Assembly (NCBI GenBank): GCA_963529005.1
Contig: CAURWY010000002.1
Coordinates: 25,076 to 89,075 of the forward strand
Direction of reading: 5' to 3'
Source of the DNA: an uncultured Candidatus Saccharibacteria bacterium
Lineage (GTDB): Bacteria > Patescibacteriota > Saccharimonadia > Saccharimonadales > Saccharimonadaceae
DNA: 64,000 nucleotides
Position 1 is the first letter of the stretch. Each line of letters begins with the position of its first letter. The notes below the pieces were generated by a model that worked only from the letters and a program-made list of their open reading frames with translations, had not been told where the DNA came from and searched no databases. The translations under genes and the position numbers were made by a program. This document shows, one piece after another, positions 55,548 through 64,000 of the stretch.

Positions 55548-56510
55548 ATGAAAGCACTTATCATCAATCGTCATGACCGCTTTGACGGGTTGGACTACAG
55601 CGAAGCACCAACTCCAGTACCGGGACCGGGAGAAGTGAGTATTGATGTCCAATACGCGGGTGTTGGTTTAATTGATGCTCTTTGGACGACAGGGTTTATG
55701 CCGTCTCGGCTGGGACGTATTCCTGGTCTAGAGGTGTCGGGTACGATCCGTGAACTTGGCGAAGGTGTGACTGGATGTAAGATTGGCCAAGCGGTCGCTG
55801 CTATTCTCCCGAACACAGGTGGCTTCGCCGAGGTCGTGTGTACGCCAGCTGAGTTAGTAGCGCCGATTCCTAATGGTCTTCGTCCCGATCTCGCAGCGGT
55901 TGTGCCAATCAACACCGTAACTGCACATCTCGCATTGACAACTGTTGCACGATTTGCGCCGGGTGAGCGCGTATTGATTCATGCTGGGGTCGGTGGACTT
56001 GGCTCGCAGTTTGGACAGGTCGCTCGGGTGCTTGGTGCAGGGCGTATCGACGCCGTTGTTGGGACGGAAGCCAAGCAGGCGAGTGCCGCTGAGCTAGGCT
56101 ATGACAATAGCTATTTGCGCTCGGATCTGTCGTCTATTCCAGGTGATACTTACGACATTGTGATCGACCCAGTTGGCGGCAAAGCAACAGAAGATGCCTT
56201 TCGTGTGTTGCGCAGTGGTGGACGGCTGATTCGGGTTGGTAATGCGTCGCAGGCTCCCGATGTGGTGATAAACTCGACGCAGCATTGGCTGCAGAACAAA
56301 ACAACAGCTGGCTTCAACGTTGGTGCCTGGCTAGCGGCCCATCCAGTGGAGGGGACAGCATCGCTTACGTGGTCGCTTAACGCCGTTGCCGATGGTAAGG
56401 TTCGCGTCGATCTGACAGAGGTTGCTGATATAACAGAGGCAGCCCACCTGCTTGAAGCTCTTGAGCAAGGTAAGACAACTGGTAAGGTGGCACTCCGTAT
56501 CAAATCGTAG
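55548..56510 (+). CDS. MDR-family NADPH:quinone oxidoreductase-like protein
   Basis: 'PVPGPGEV', 'PGLEVSG', 'VLIHAGVGGLG', 'GKTTGKVAL'. Confidence 0.9.
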   Translation: MKALIINRHDRFDGLDYSEAPTPVPGPGEVSIDVQYAGVGLIDALWTTGFMPSRLGRIPGLEVSGTIRELGEGVTGCKIGQAVAAILPNTGGFAEVVCTPAELVAPIPNGLRPDLAAVVPINTVTAHLALTTVARFAPGERVLIHAGVGGLGSQFGQVARVLGAGRIDAVVGTEAKQASAAELGYDNSYLRSDLSSIPGDTYDIVIDPVGGKATEDAFRVLRSGGRLIRVGNASQAPDVVINSTQHWLQNKTTAGFNVGAWLAAHPVEGTASLTWSLNAVADGKVRVDLTEVADITEAAHLLEALEQGKTTGKVALRIKS

Positions 56511-56553
56511 TGTCTAAGCATCCTCTTAGAGAAATAGCTCATGGTAACGTGGG

Positions 56554-58047
56554 CTATTTTGTATTTTCCGGCGCATACACCACAAGTGTGCCGTCCTTGC
56601 TGGTGCTAGCGATGAGATTGCTACGAATAGTGAGGCTGCGCATGTCGGTTCCTTTGATGGTGAGGAGGGTTGTACCATCGGCGACTTTGACGATCTTGAG
56701 ACCTTTGCTGCCGCTGGCTTGGATGCCGGCGGAGTGGAGATTGCTGGTGAGGAGGAGTGAGCCATCCAGGCTGGCGGAGACGATATTACCGCCGTCAGCC
56801 AGAGTGAGTGTGCCACCGCTGGTGCGGCTGTAGGTGGCCTGGCTCAGGGCGAAGTCTTGCGTGTTTTGGCTGGCAATACGCAGGAACTCTCTACCCTGCC
56901 CATCCACAACGACGCGCGGCATATCTGTGGTGAGAGCCTCTCGGGGGTAGGTTGGCGCAGTAGTACCGGTGGGGTTAGTGAAGGAGCTGGCGGCTGGGCT
57001 GAGCTTGTACGCGCTATTGACAGTGCTGCGGCTGCGTGGCTTGCCATCAAGGCCATAGCTCTCGAAGGTCTCTTGCCCGCTGGATTGGACGGTATTACTT
57101 CCAGCAGTGCCCTCCAGCCAGCCATCACTTGCTAAGGTAACGTTGCTGGAGCTAGCTGTGCGCTGCACTTCGCGCGTGCCGCTGGCGATATCATACACGG
57201 TGATGGTGGTCGTCGATTGGTCTGCAGTGGTCGCCTGGCGCTCATTTGTGATGACGACACCAGTAGTGGTACGTGAGGTAGCACGCTTGCTGGGTGATTT
57301 CTGGGATGGCTTAGCGCCATGATCTTTCTCGGCATTGCGGCGACAGAGAAGCTTGCTACCGCTCGCTATCGTGCAGATGGCGTTGGGGTTCTGAAAATCA
57401 CCACTGGTGATAGTGCGCAGGCTCCCTGCGGCGGCGTAGAAGGTGGCGGTGGCGCTCTCGCCAATAATGTCTTGCTGTTGGCTATCTGTGCCGTAATATG
57501 TAAGCGTAGTAGGCTGGGTAGCTACAGGGGTAGTATAGAGAACCTTGGCGGTAGTAAGCTCTACCGCCGTAATGATCGAGCGTCCCCGCTGTTGGCTGGC
57601 GCAATATACCACTCCACGCGGCGTCACGCTGCTACAGGTACTGGCTGGCCACGTAGCGACTGCCTGCTTGCGCTCAGTATCCCAAATCCGGAGCACTGGT
57701 GCGGCATCTTGCGCGCCCTGCCCTGCAATGGCGAGCCGCGAGTGGTCGGCCGTACCGCCCAAGAAGCTCAAGCCACCCTGCCCTGCCGCAAATCGCACTT
57801 CGCGCTGGCCTGCTCCATAGCCATTGGCCAGAAATACATCGGTGCGCGATGGCGTGGCCGACACTGCCGCTGCTTGCATGCGCTGCGGTGAGGAGAGAAG
57901 GGTTACTACCGCAGCAATGGCCGAGAGTACCACAGTGATGGCCGCCGCAAGCATCACCCACAGCATGAGTGTACTATGCCGCCGTTTGGCAGGGCGTTGT
58001 GGCGGGTGCTCTCCTAGCACAGATGTCGGAACGGGCGAAATATCCAT
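56554..58047 (-). CDS. membrane-anchored extracellular beta-propeller-like protein
   Basis: Single N-terminal TM; repeated 'xxWD/YD...G' blade-like segments. Confidence 0.65.
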   Translation of the reverse strand: MDISPVPTSVLGEHPPQRPAKRRHSTLMLWVMLAAAITVVLSAIAAVVTLLSSPQRMQAAAVSATPSRTDVFLANGYGAGQREVRFAAGQGGLSFLGGTADHSRLAIAGQGAQDAAPVLRIWDTERKQAVATWPASTCSSVTPRGVVYCASQQRGRSIITAVELTTAKVLYTTPVATQPTTLTYYGTDSQQQDIIGESATATFYAAAGSLRTITSGDFQNPNAICTIASGSKLLCRRNAEKDHGAKPSQKSPSKRATSRTTTGVVITNERQATTADQSTTTITVYDIASGTREVQRTASSSNVTLASDGWLEGTAGSNTVQSSGQETFESYGLDGKPRSRSTVNSAYKLSPAASSFTNPTGTTAPTYPREALTTDMPRVVVDGQGREFLRIASQNTQDFALSQATYSRTSGGTLTLADGGNIVSASLDGSLLLTSNLHSAGIQASGSKGLKIVKVADGTTLLTIKGTDMRSLTIRSNLIASTSKDGTLVVYAPENTK

Positions 58048-58210
58048 GAGTCACTTCGTTGTATTACACAATATTGTGTCATTAGTATAGCAGATATTGC
58101 TGCAGCCAGAGCATGATTCTCGGCTCGCGCGGCAATAGAGCGGTATTATGGTGGACAAACCAGCGACTTTTTCGTATAATGACACACAGTACTGTTATGT
58201 GCACATGCAC

Positions 58211-58285
58211 GGCCTCATCGTCTAACGGTTAGGACACCAGGTTTTCATCCTGGCAATCCGGGTTCGATTCCCGGTGAGGTCACCA
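58211..58285 (+). tRNA. tRNA-Glu (TTC)
   Basis: Cloverleaf with acceptor GGCCTCA/TGAGGTC, anticodon arm CCAGG-TTTTCAT-CCTGG, TTCGA T-loop and encoded CCA; TGGACA-17-TATAAT upstream. Confidence 0.96.
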
Positions 58286-58563
58286 GTATAGTATGCTATG
58301 ATACCTTGCCGAGGCGAGGTGTTTTTTTATTTGCGGTATTATTTTGAGATATATAGCATGAGCTAAAGCTTCAAAACTTCACCACTGTATATAACGGACT
58401 GACCAAATAAGAAATATGGAGGTAGTGGCATATTGGCAAATATTCGCTATATCACTCTCGGCCGGAGTATACTCGCTGTGATGGGCTTGCCATGTGAGGG
58501 AGAGTTATTCCAATACGCTTGTTCGCTATTGCGTTCTACACAAAATGTAGTATAATCACCACA

Positions 58564-59472
58564 ATGACAACAGAGAGAAACAGAAGTAACGTGCCGCACC
58601 CTGCTGAGTATGCAGCGCGGCAAGATGAGCTGAAGCGATCGCTTGAGATTATCTATACAGTAGCCGAGAGTACGCAGGCGCAAGATATGCTTGGTATTCT
58701 CGCGACACGTTTAGTAGAAGCAATAGATTATGTGCGGCTACCAAGAATTAATGATGATGGCTCTATACAAGAAATCGGTCGGTGGAGGCAAATTCCAACT
58801 ATCCCAGTGGTAGAACTACGTTCTGATGAAGAGGTTCAGACGCCAATGGTAGGCATCACTGACTTTCAGTATTATGACAGAATCAAGTGCGGAAGCGATG
58901 TCCATCCGATGGGAAAGAGACAGATTGCTCACTATTTTCATGATGGAAAAAGTGATTATACAACAGAACCACTTCGAGTAGATAGAGGTTCCTTTGGCTC
59001 GACAGTATCATACTCTCTACCAATCCATGCAGATTATCATAAAAAAGACAGTCCAATTGTAGGGACTGTGGCTGGTCAACCAAATATTGCTATTAGACTG
59101 GATGATGATAATAACTACGGAGATACATTATCACATGAATTGATTCATGCCAGGGATGATCTTGATGAGCCAGTGCAACTTACGCAACAGGGGGATGATA
59201 ATTCATCAGAAAAAAATAGGCTAAGAAGCGAGCTACGGGCCTATGCTGTTGGTGCTCGAATGAGTTTGCTAATCGCACAACATCAAGGTCTAAATTTTAT
59301 TGATAATGAAGAGTATTTTAATAGTGTAACCATGTCGTTCTACGTCGAGAGAACACGAAACAAAATTAATGGTTCTGTTCTCTCCCCAAATGCCTTTGAT
59401 CCAAATGATGAGATCATCAAGGCGCTCGATGATGCCGGATTAAGAGGTATATACACCAGGGAGAGCCACTAG
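58564..59472 (+). CDS. hypothetical protein with an HExxH zincin-like motif
   Basis: 'TLSHELIHARD' and downstream 'SELRAY'; AT-rich. Confidence 0.7.
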   Translation: MTTERNRSNVPHPAEYAARQDELKRSLEIIYTVAESTQAQDMLGILATRLVEAIDYVRLPRINDDGSIQEIGRWRQIPTIPVVELRSDEEVQTPMVGITDFQYYDRIKCGSDVHPMGKRQIAHYFHDGKSDYTTEPLRVDRGSFGSTVSYSLPIHADYHKKDSPIVGTVAGQPNIAIRLDDDNNYGDTLSHELIHARDDLDEPVQLTQQGDDNSSEKNRLRSELRAYAVGARMSLLIAQHQGLNFIDNEEYFNSVTMSFYVERTRNKINGSVLSPNAFDPNDEIIKALDDAGLRGIYTRESH

Positions 59473-59846
59473 CTCTTCTCTATCCCCGCAATAATCTCCA
59501 GCAATCGCCGTGGAGTGATCTCGGCTTTGATGAGATAACCGTCCACACTGGTTTGGAGAGCGAGGCGGGTGGATTCGTCTTGGTCGAAGTTGGTCATGAT
59601 GACGATCTTCGTGCCAGCGATATGTTGCGGCTCGGCGCGCAGTGCCTCGAGGATTTCGCTGCCGCGCTTCTCGGGGAGCATGATGTCGAGCAGGATGAGG
59701 TCGTAGTGATTGTTGCGTGCCGCCACGAGGCCGTCTGCCCCGTCGATTAGCCAGTCTACCGTATAGCCTGCTTTGCGGAGGCTGCGCACGTACATCTCGC
59801 CGATGAAGCGATCGTCTTCGATGACGAGAATTGTTTGAATTGCCAT
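59469..59846 (-). CDS. single-domain response regulator
   Basis: 'ILVIEDD', 'LLDIMLP', 'MTN', 'YLIK'. Confidence 0.92.
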   Translation of the reverse strand: MAIQTILVIEDDRFIGEMYVRSLRKAGYTVDWLIDGADGLVAARNNHYDLILLDIMLPEKRGSEILEALRAEPQHIAGTKIVIMTNFDQDESTRLALQTSVDGYLIKAEITPRRLLEIIAGIEKS

Positions 59847-59868
59847 AACTTTTCTCCTACTACCTCTG

Positions 59869-61458
59869 TTATCCCTTATACATCGTGTGGTTTTTTATCC
59901 AGCCGCTGCCGCTGGTGATGAGCTGACTATTGCTGCCATCAGTGATTTTGTCTGCTACGCTGGCGTAGGTGGGGATGGTGATCGTGAAGGTGGAACCCTC
60001 CCCTTCGCGGCTTACCACGCCAATCTGCCCACCGTGCGACTCGACGATCGCCTTGCTAATGTAGAGACCAATACCCGTGCCAGCTACAGTTTCGCGGCTG
60101 CGGTGCGAGCGGTAGAACTTGTGAAAGAGATTGCCCATCACATTGGCGGGGATGCCGATGCCGTGGTCTTGCACCTTGATGGCGATGAATGCACCGTCTT
60201 GCTCTGCCAAGACGGCTACGAGCCCGCCTTCGTTGCTATATTTGAGCGCATTATCAATGATATTGCTCAGCACCTCAGATAGGCTGGAGCGATCGGCCGC
60301 AATGGTGGGCAGCGTAGTGGGGATATCCACCGTGAGCTGGCGACCTTGGGTGGTGGCGCGTAGCTGCATGTCGTCGCGGATGATATTGTAGATGCTAGCC
60401 ACTGACTCTTCTGCTAGGTGAACGCGGAGATGGCGACGGTCGAACTTGCTAGCATTAAGGATGTTGTTGACGTAGCCACTGAGACGATTAGCTGAGACGA
60501 CCAGCCGCCCTAGTAGCTCTTGCTGGTCGCCAGCCAGCGCTGGCCCCACCTCCTCAGTGAGGACATCCAAATAGCCACGAATAACGGTGATGGGCCCGCG
60601 CAGCTCGTGAGCGGCAAAGGCGATGAAATCGAGGTCATCATCCTCGGGCTGGTAGAGGGTGGTGCGATCGTGCAGTACCAGTATAACCTCGGCACTGCTT
60701 CCCTTCTCATAATTGGCTGTGATGTCGAAGATACGCCGCCCAGGCTCACCCACTAGCTTGTTTGCAATGCGCAGCCAGGTCTTCTCGGCATGGACAGCGC
60801 TGCGGCGGCAGTGTGCGAGCCACTCTGTCAGACCATCGCCTGGCTCGAATAGCAGCTCGAGCTCGGCCGTGCCATCATGGCTCTGGCGCAGTGGGGTGTG
60901 GCGGTTGTGGTAGCGTACCTGCCCCTGGCTAGTGAGGATGGCAATGCCAGCACTAGTTTGATCAAGCGCGGCTTCGATCTGGGTAGCTTGTGCTTGAGCC
61001 TGGCTCGGCGGGTTTTGGCCAGCTAGTGCGGCCGTTTGGTAGATGTATTGCAGCAGCGGCTTGAAGCCATCGCGCTCGAAGTGTGCTGCATTGGGGTTGG
61101 GCGGTGTAATGGTACTAGGCTCGCCTGCTACATGGCTGAGAGCATGTGTGAGGTCTTTAAGCGGGGTAAGCAGCTGCATGAGCAGGAAAATATTGAGTGG
61201 GATACTCGCCAGCATTATCACCATAATAACCAGCCAAAACTGCAGCTGGCTAGGGCTTAGGCCAATCATCCACAGTGTACTCGCCACCAGCCCAGCAATG
61301 GTACACTGCATGAGCACACTCGCACCAATGGCACGGCGACTATAGCGCGGCCAATACTGCTTAATAAGGGTGGGTGGACGACGAGATGGCAACGGCTGGG
61401 CTGGGCCTATTGCTGCCACGACACGCTCCCCGTGCCGCCAGGTACTGCCGCAATCCAT
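59869..61458 (-). CDS. sensor histidine kinase
   Basis: Two TMs, H-box 'AAHELRGP', 'NIIDNALKY', 'DHGIG', 'GTGIGL'; start codon uncertain. Confidence 0.9.
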   Translation of the reverse strand: MDCGSTWRHGERVVAAIGPAQPLPSRRPPTLIKQYWPRYSRRAIGASVLMQCTIAGLVASTLWMIGLSPSQLQFWLVIMVIMLASIPLNIFLLMQLLTPLKDLTHALSHVAGEPSTITPPNPNAAHFERDGFKPLLQYIYQTAALAGQNPPSQAQAQATQIEAALDQTSAGIAILTSQGQVRYHNRHTPLRQSHDGTAELELLFEPGDGLTEWLAHCRRSAVHAEKTWLRIANKLVGEPGRRIFDITANYEKGSSAEVILVLHDRTTLYQPEDDDLDFIAFAAHELRGPITVIRGYLDVLTEEVGPALAGDQQELLGRLVVSANRLSGYVNNILNASKFDRRHLRVHLAEESVASIYNIIRDDMQLRATTQGRQLTVDIPTTLPTIAADRSSLSEVLSNIIDNALKYSNEGGLVAVLAEQDGAFIAIKVQDHGIGIPANVMGNLFHKFYRSHRSRETVAGTGIGLYISKAIVESHGGQIGVVSREGEGSTFTITIPTYASVADKITDGSNSQLITSGSGWIKNHTMYKG

Positions 61459-62549
61459 GTCTGGCCGCGGGTGAGAGCGATTGCCTTGCCATTGGCGTCA
61501 AGCAGCTCGAGGGGGCTGGCGCGGTTAGCTTTGCGCCATATTCCCTCCACCACACTGCCGTTTTGGAAGATAGTTGCTTTGCCTTGGCCAGTGGTGATGA
61601 TATTTTCGCGAATGCCGTCCTCTTGCACGGTGGTCTGCTGGACGGTCAGTGCCACCACAACGCTGGGCGCAATCTGCCCTTCCTCACGATCCAAACTAGC
61701 CTCGCCACCAATGCTACGCTGGTAGGTGTTGGTGCTGGCATCGTATTGGTAGCGCGTGTTGTAGCGGGCGGATTTGCCAAAGTTGATGACGGCCACAGTG
61801 GCGGTAGCAGGGTTGGCTGGCTTGCCATCGGCCCGGGCAAGTGCGATCTTGACAACAGACTGCTTGTAGCCTTTGCTGCTATTGAGGTCATCCAGCCGCT
61901 CGGTACTGGTGTAGACATTGTGCGGGGCACGGCGGTCGGTGGCACGCCAATAGCTGCGCTCATGAAAGAACTGGTCGATATCGCGGTAGGTACCATTGCG
62001 GATCTCTTGCAAAGCATGCGAGCTACCCCCTACATGGGCTACACTGGGCTGGTATGGTGCGAGCCAGTCGATGTAGTATGGCCGCAGGCTGCGCACTGGG
62101 CCAATCATCGCTGGTTTGTTTTGCTGGTACAGCGCGAGAAAGCGAGTGATACCTGCCTCGGCAATTGCCTCATATACCACCTCAGCTTGCTTAACACCTG
62201 ACTGGGGGCGAGCACTGGGGCTATTCTCGAGCATCACTGCAGTAACGGGCTTGGTGGTGGCCGCTTGGTCGGCTACCTTGAGGCCAGTCAGGGGTGAATA
62301 ATACACCTCTGGGGCTTTCTGCGTTGCCACAACAGGAGCGGGCTTGGCCTGGCGAGGCTTATTGAGTAGAGAAAATGACGCCATTGCTCCAGCAAATACC
62401 ACTAATGCCCCACCAATCACCATCACAGGCATGCGGTGTTGCCCCACAAAATGCCGCAGCCCCATAAAGTGCCGTCCATGCCGCCGCAAACGTCGACGCT
62501 GCGCCCGACCGCCAAAAGCTGCCGGTGGTGTATTCTGTGGTGAACTCAT
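61407..62549 (-). CDS. DUF3048 domain protein
   Basis: 'SPLTG', 'AVMLENSPSARPQSG', 'EAGITRF', 'GPVRSLR', 'APHNVY'. Confidence 0.85.
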   Translation of the reverse strand: MSSPQNTPPAAFGGRAQRRRLRRHGRHFMGLRHFVGQHRMPVMVIGGALVVFAGAMASFSLLNKPRQAKPAPVVATQKAPEVYYSPLTGLKVADQAATTKPVTAVMLENSPSARPQSGVKQAEVVYEAIAEAGITRFLALYQQNKPAMIGPVRSLRPYYIDWLAPYQPSVAHVGGSSHALQEIRNGTYRDIDQFFHERSYWRATDRRAPHNVYTSTERLDDLNSSKGYKQSVVKIALARADGKPANPATATVAVINFGKSARYNTRYQYDASTNTYQRSIGGEASLDREEGQIAPSVVVALTVQQTTVQEDGIRENIITTGQGKATIFQNGSVVEGIWRKANRASPLELLDANGKAIALTRGQTWIAAVPGGTGSVSWQQ

Positions 62550-62878
62550 CTTATGGCCATTATACCATGAGCGGATAGCGATGAATGAGGAATTTTGCAG
62601 CAAAAGGCTACCTTGGGCTTGACCACTGTACGGTGTGAGTATTTTTGCCCTTGCGCTTCTCTACTTGTGCTCTATGGGTAAATGGGTCTTGGGATTTACT
62701 TCGTGCGCTGGGTCTTTTTGTGGCAGTAGATGATGAGGAATTGCGTAAGAGCTGCATGGCGAAGATGGATACATCGATACCTCGAGCGTATGCGATCAAT
62801 TACCCAACAAACCCCTTGGCAAATCCGCAAAAATAGCCTACAATGAATAACCATTAACGGATAATTTGGGTGAGGAAA

Positions 62879-63175
62879 ATGACACGACGACACGAGAGCG
62901 ACAGTACAGATAATGGTAGAGACAGCAGCACTATACCACCATCAGGACAGACTGACGAAGGTCAATCACCCCAATCGCCACAACAAGCGAGCAGCGGAGA
63001 TTGGCGTGTGGGGCAAGTGCAAGAAGAGGTGCTTTGCCCGCCATCTAAGGTGATCGAAGCGATAACGCAAGCTGCTATGAGGGGCGGCCTCGGTATTGGT
63101 AATGTCCCTTATACTCACTTTCCTGGTTATCATGATACAAAGTCTCGTGTAAGTCACCGCAATCAGTCCTATTAG
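62879..63175 (+). CDS. hypothetical low-complexity protein
   Basis: GAGG before ATG; convergent with gltX. Confidence 0.35.
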   Translation: MTRRHESDSTDNGRDSSTIPPSGQTDEGQSPQSPQQASSGDWRVGQVQEEVLCPPSKVIEAITQAAMRGGLGIGNVPYTHFPGYHDTKSRVSHRNQSY

Positions 63176-63376
63176 GCGACATACCTCCAGCAAAATAGCT
63201 GCGCAGTACTTCCCTTCTCGTGGCATAATCTCGCTTGATTTGAATAGCTAAGTCTTCACTTTCTCTATCTTGACCTTGTCGTTTGTTTAGGTGGGGCACG
63301 ACGAATAATTCGTGATCAACTTCTACCCCTGTTATTGCTATTATTTTTTGCTTATGACGCAATTATTTGTTCAAGT

Positions 63377-63404
63377 AAAAACCGGCTGGGAGAGCCGGTT
63401 TTTT
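63377..63404. terminator. bidirectional terminator after gltX
   Basis: AAAAACCGGCT/AGCCGGTTTTT. Confidence 0.75.
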
Positions 63405-63424
63405 GTGTGATGCGTAGCGCGTTA

Positions 63425-64000
63425 TTATCCAAGATACTGCTCAATCCGTGCGAGCGTCCGCTCCTTGCCAAGCAGTGCCAGCGTGTCATTCAGCTGGGGG
63501 CTAAAGGGCGCCCAGGTAGTAGCAATGCGGATGAGGCTAAAGAGTACGCCAGGCTTATAGCCAGTGGTCTCGAGGAGCTGGTTGAGAGTGTCTTGGATAG
63601 CACTTGGCGTCCATGTGTGCTGCTGAGTCAGAGCGGTGTGGGCCGTGGCAAGGAGCTCTCGGCGCTGCTCGTCCATCAGTTTGCGCAGAGGCTTGTTGGT
63701 GGTAATGAGCTCTTCGTTAATAGTGGGCTCTTCGAAGAAGTAGCGGCTCAGCATTGGTAGCTCGGCCAGAGTCTTGAGGCGGTCTTGTACCAGAGCAAGC
63801 ACTTGTTTTTTGTACGATTCATCGGCGCTAGCGGCACTGGCTGGCCAGTAGTGCTCAACCCGCCCGTAGAGATCATCGAGCGATAAGCGGCGAATCCATT
63901 GGCCATTCATCCAGAGGAGGCGCTTTTCGTCAAAGCGGGCACCACTGCGCTGGACGCGCTCGAGGCTGAATTTCTCGATCAGTTCCTCCTTGCTAAAGAT
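63425..64000 (-). CDS. gltX: glutamate--tRNA ligase, C-terminal part (runs off the window end)
   Basis: Frame is open to 64000: 'FSLERVQRSGARFDEKRLLWMNGQWIR' and anticodon-binding 'IRIATT...SPQL...LGKERTLARI'. Confidence 0.92.
   Translation of the reverse strand: MFSKEELIEKFSLERVQRSGARFDEKRLLWMNGQWIRRLSLDDLYGRVEHYWPASAASADESYKKQVLALVQDRLKTLAELPMLSRYFFEEPTINEELITTNKPLRKLMDEQRRELLATAHTALTQQHTWTPSAIQDTLNQLLETTGYKPGVLFSLIRIATTWAPFSPQLNDTLALLGKERTLARIEQYLG

Noticed and set aside
894..57790. Polarised GGGNAGGG (KOPS-like) motifs
   Set aside because: Found on both strands in a by-eye scan; significance cannot be established without counting
61374..62201. 275-aa plus-strand ORF
   Set aside because: Antisense shadow of the DUF3048 gene

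Overview
Chromosomal segment of a small-genome bacterium, most likely a Saccharibacterium (TM7/Patescibacteria). This is inferred from gene content and order: a dcw cluster without mur ligases, a short MetK, a sigma-r4/winged-helix gene beside topA-dprA, DUF475, DUF3048 and a KwaB-like gene. Housekeeping genes are hpt, rnhA, metK with a SAM-I riboswitch, a Pif1-like helicase, GH1-yvcK-HAD-galU, mraZ-rsmH-ftsL-ftsI-mraY-ftsW-murG-ftsQ, topA, dprA, pth, der, a pseudouridine synthase, two histidine kinases, two response regulators, tRNA-Glu and a partial gltX. They are interleaved with single accessory genes and many long, apparently structured intergenic elements. Best leads: (1) a MoxR/CbbQ-type AAA+ ATPase with a vWA-like partner, where the ATPase's C-terminal module recurs downstream as a stand-alone gene with conserved ends and a divergent interior (a possible swappable module system); (2) two dispersed cassettes, each a promoter, structured leader, small ORF and structured 3' end, sharing a near-identical promoter; (3) unassigned structured RNA candidates at about 0.5, 17.9, 24.0, 33-34, 40.5 and 45.8 kb; (4) a divergent pair of a membrane-anchored trypsin-like protease and a catalytically dead paralogue; (5) a pervasive leaderless-type -10 box to ATG arrangement. 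No CRISPR array, transposase, integrase or rRNA was seen. All family calls are by eye from motifs, not database searches.
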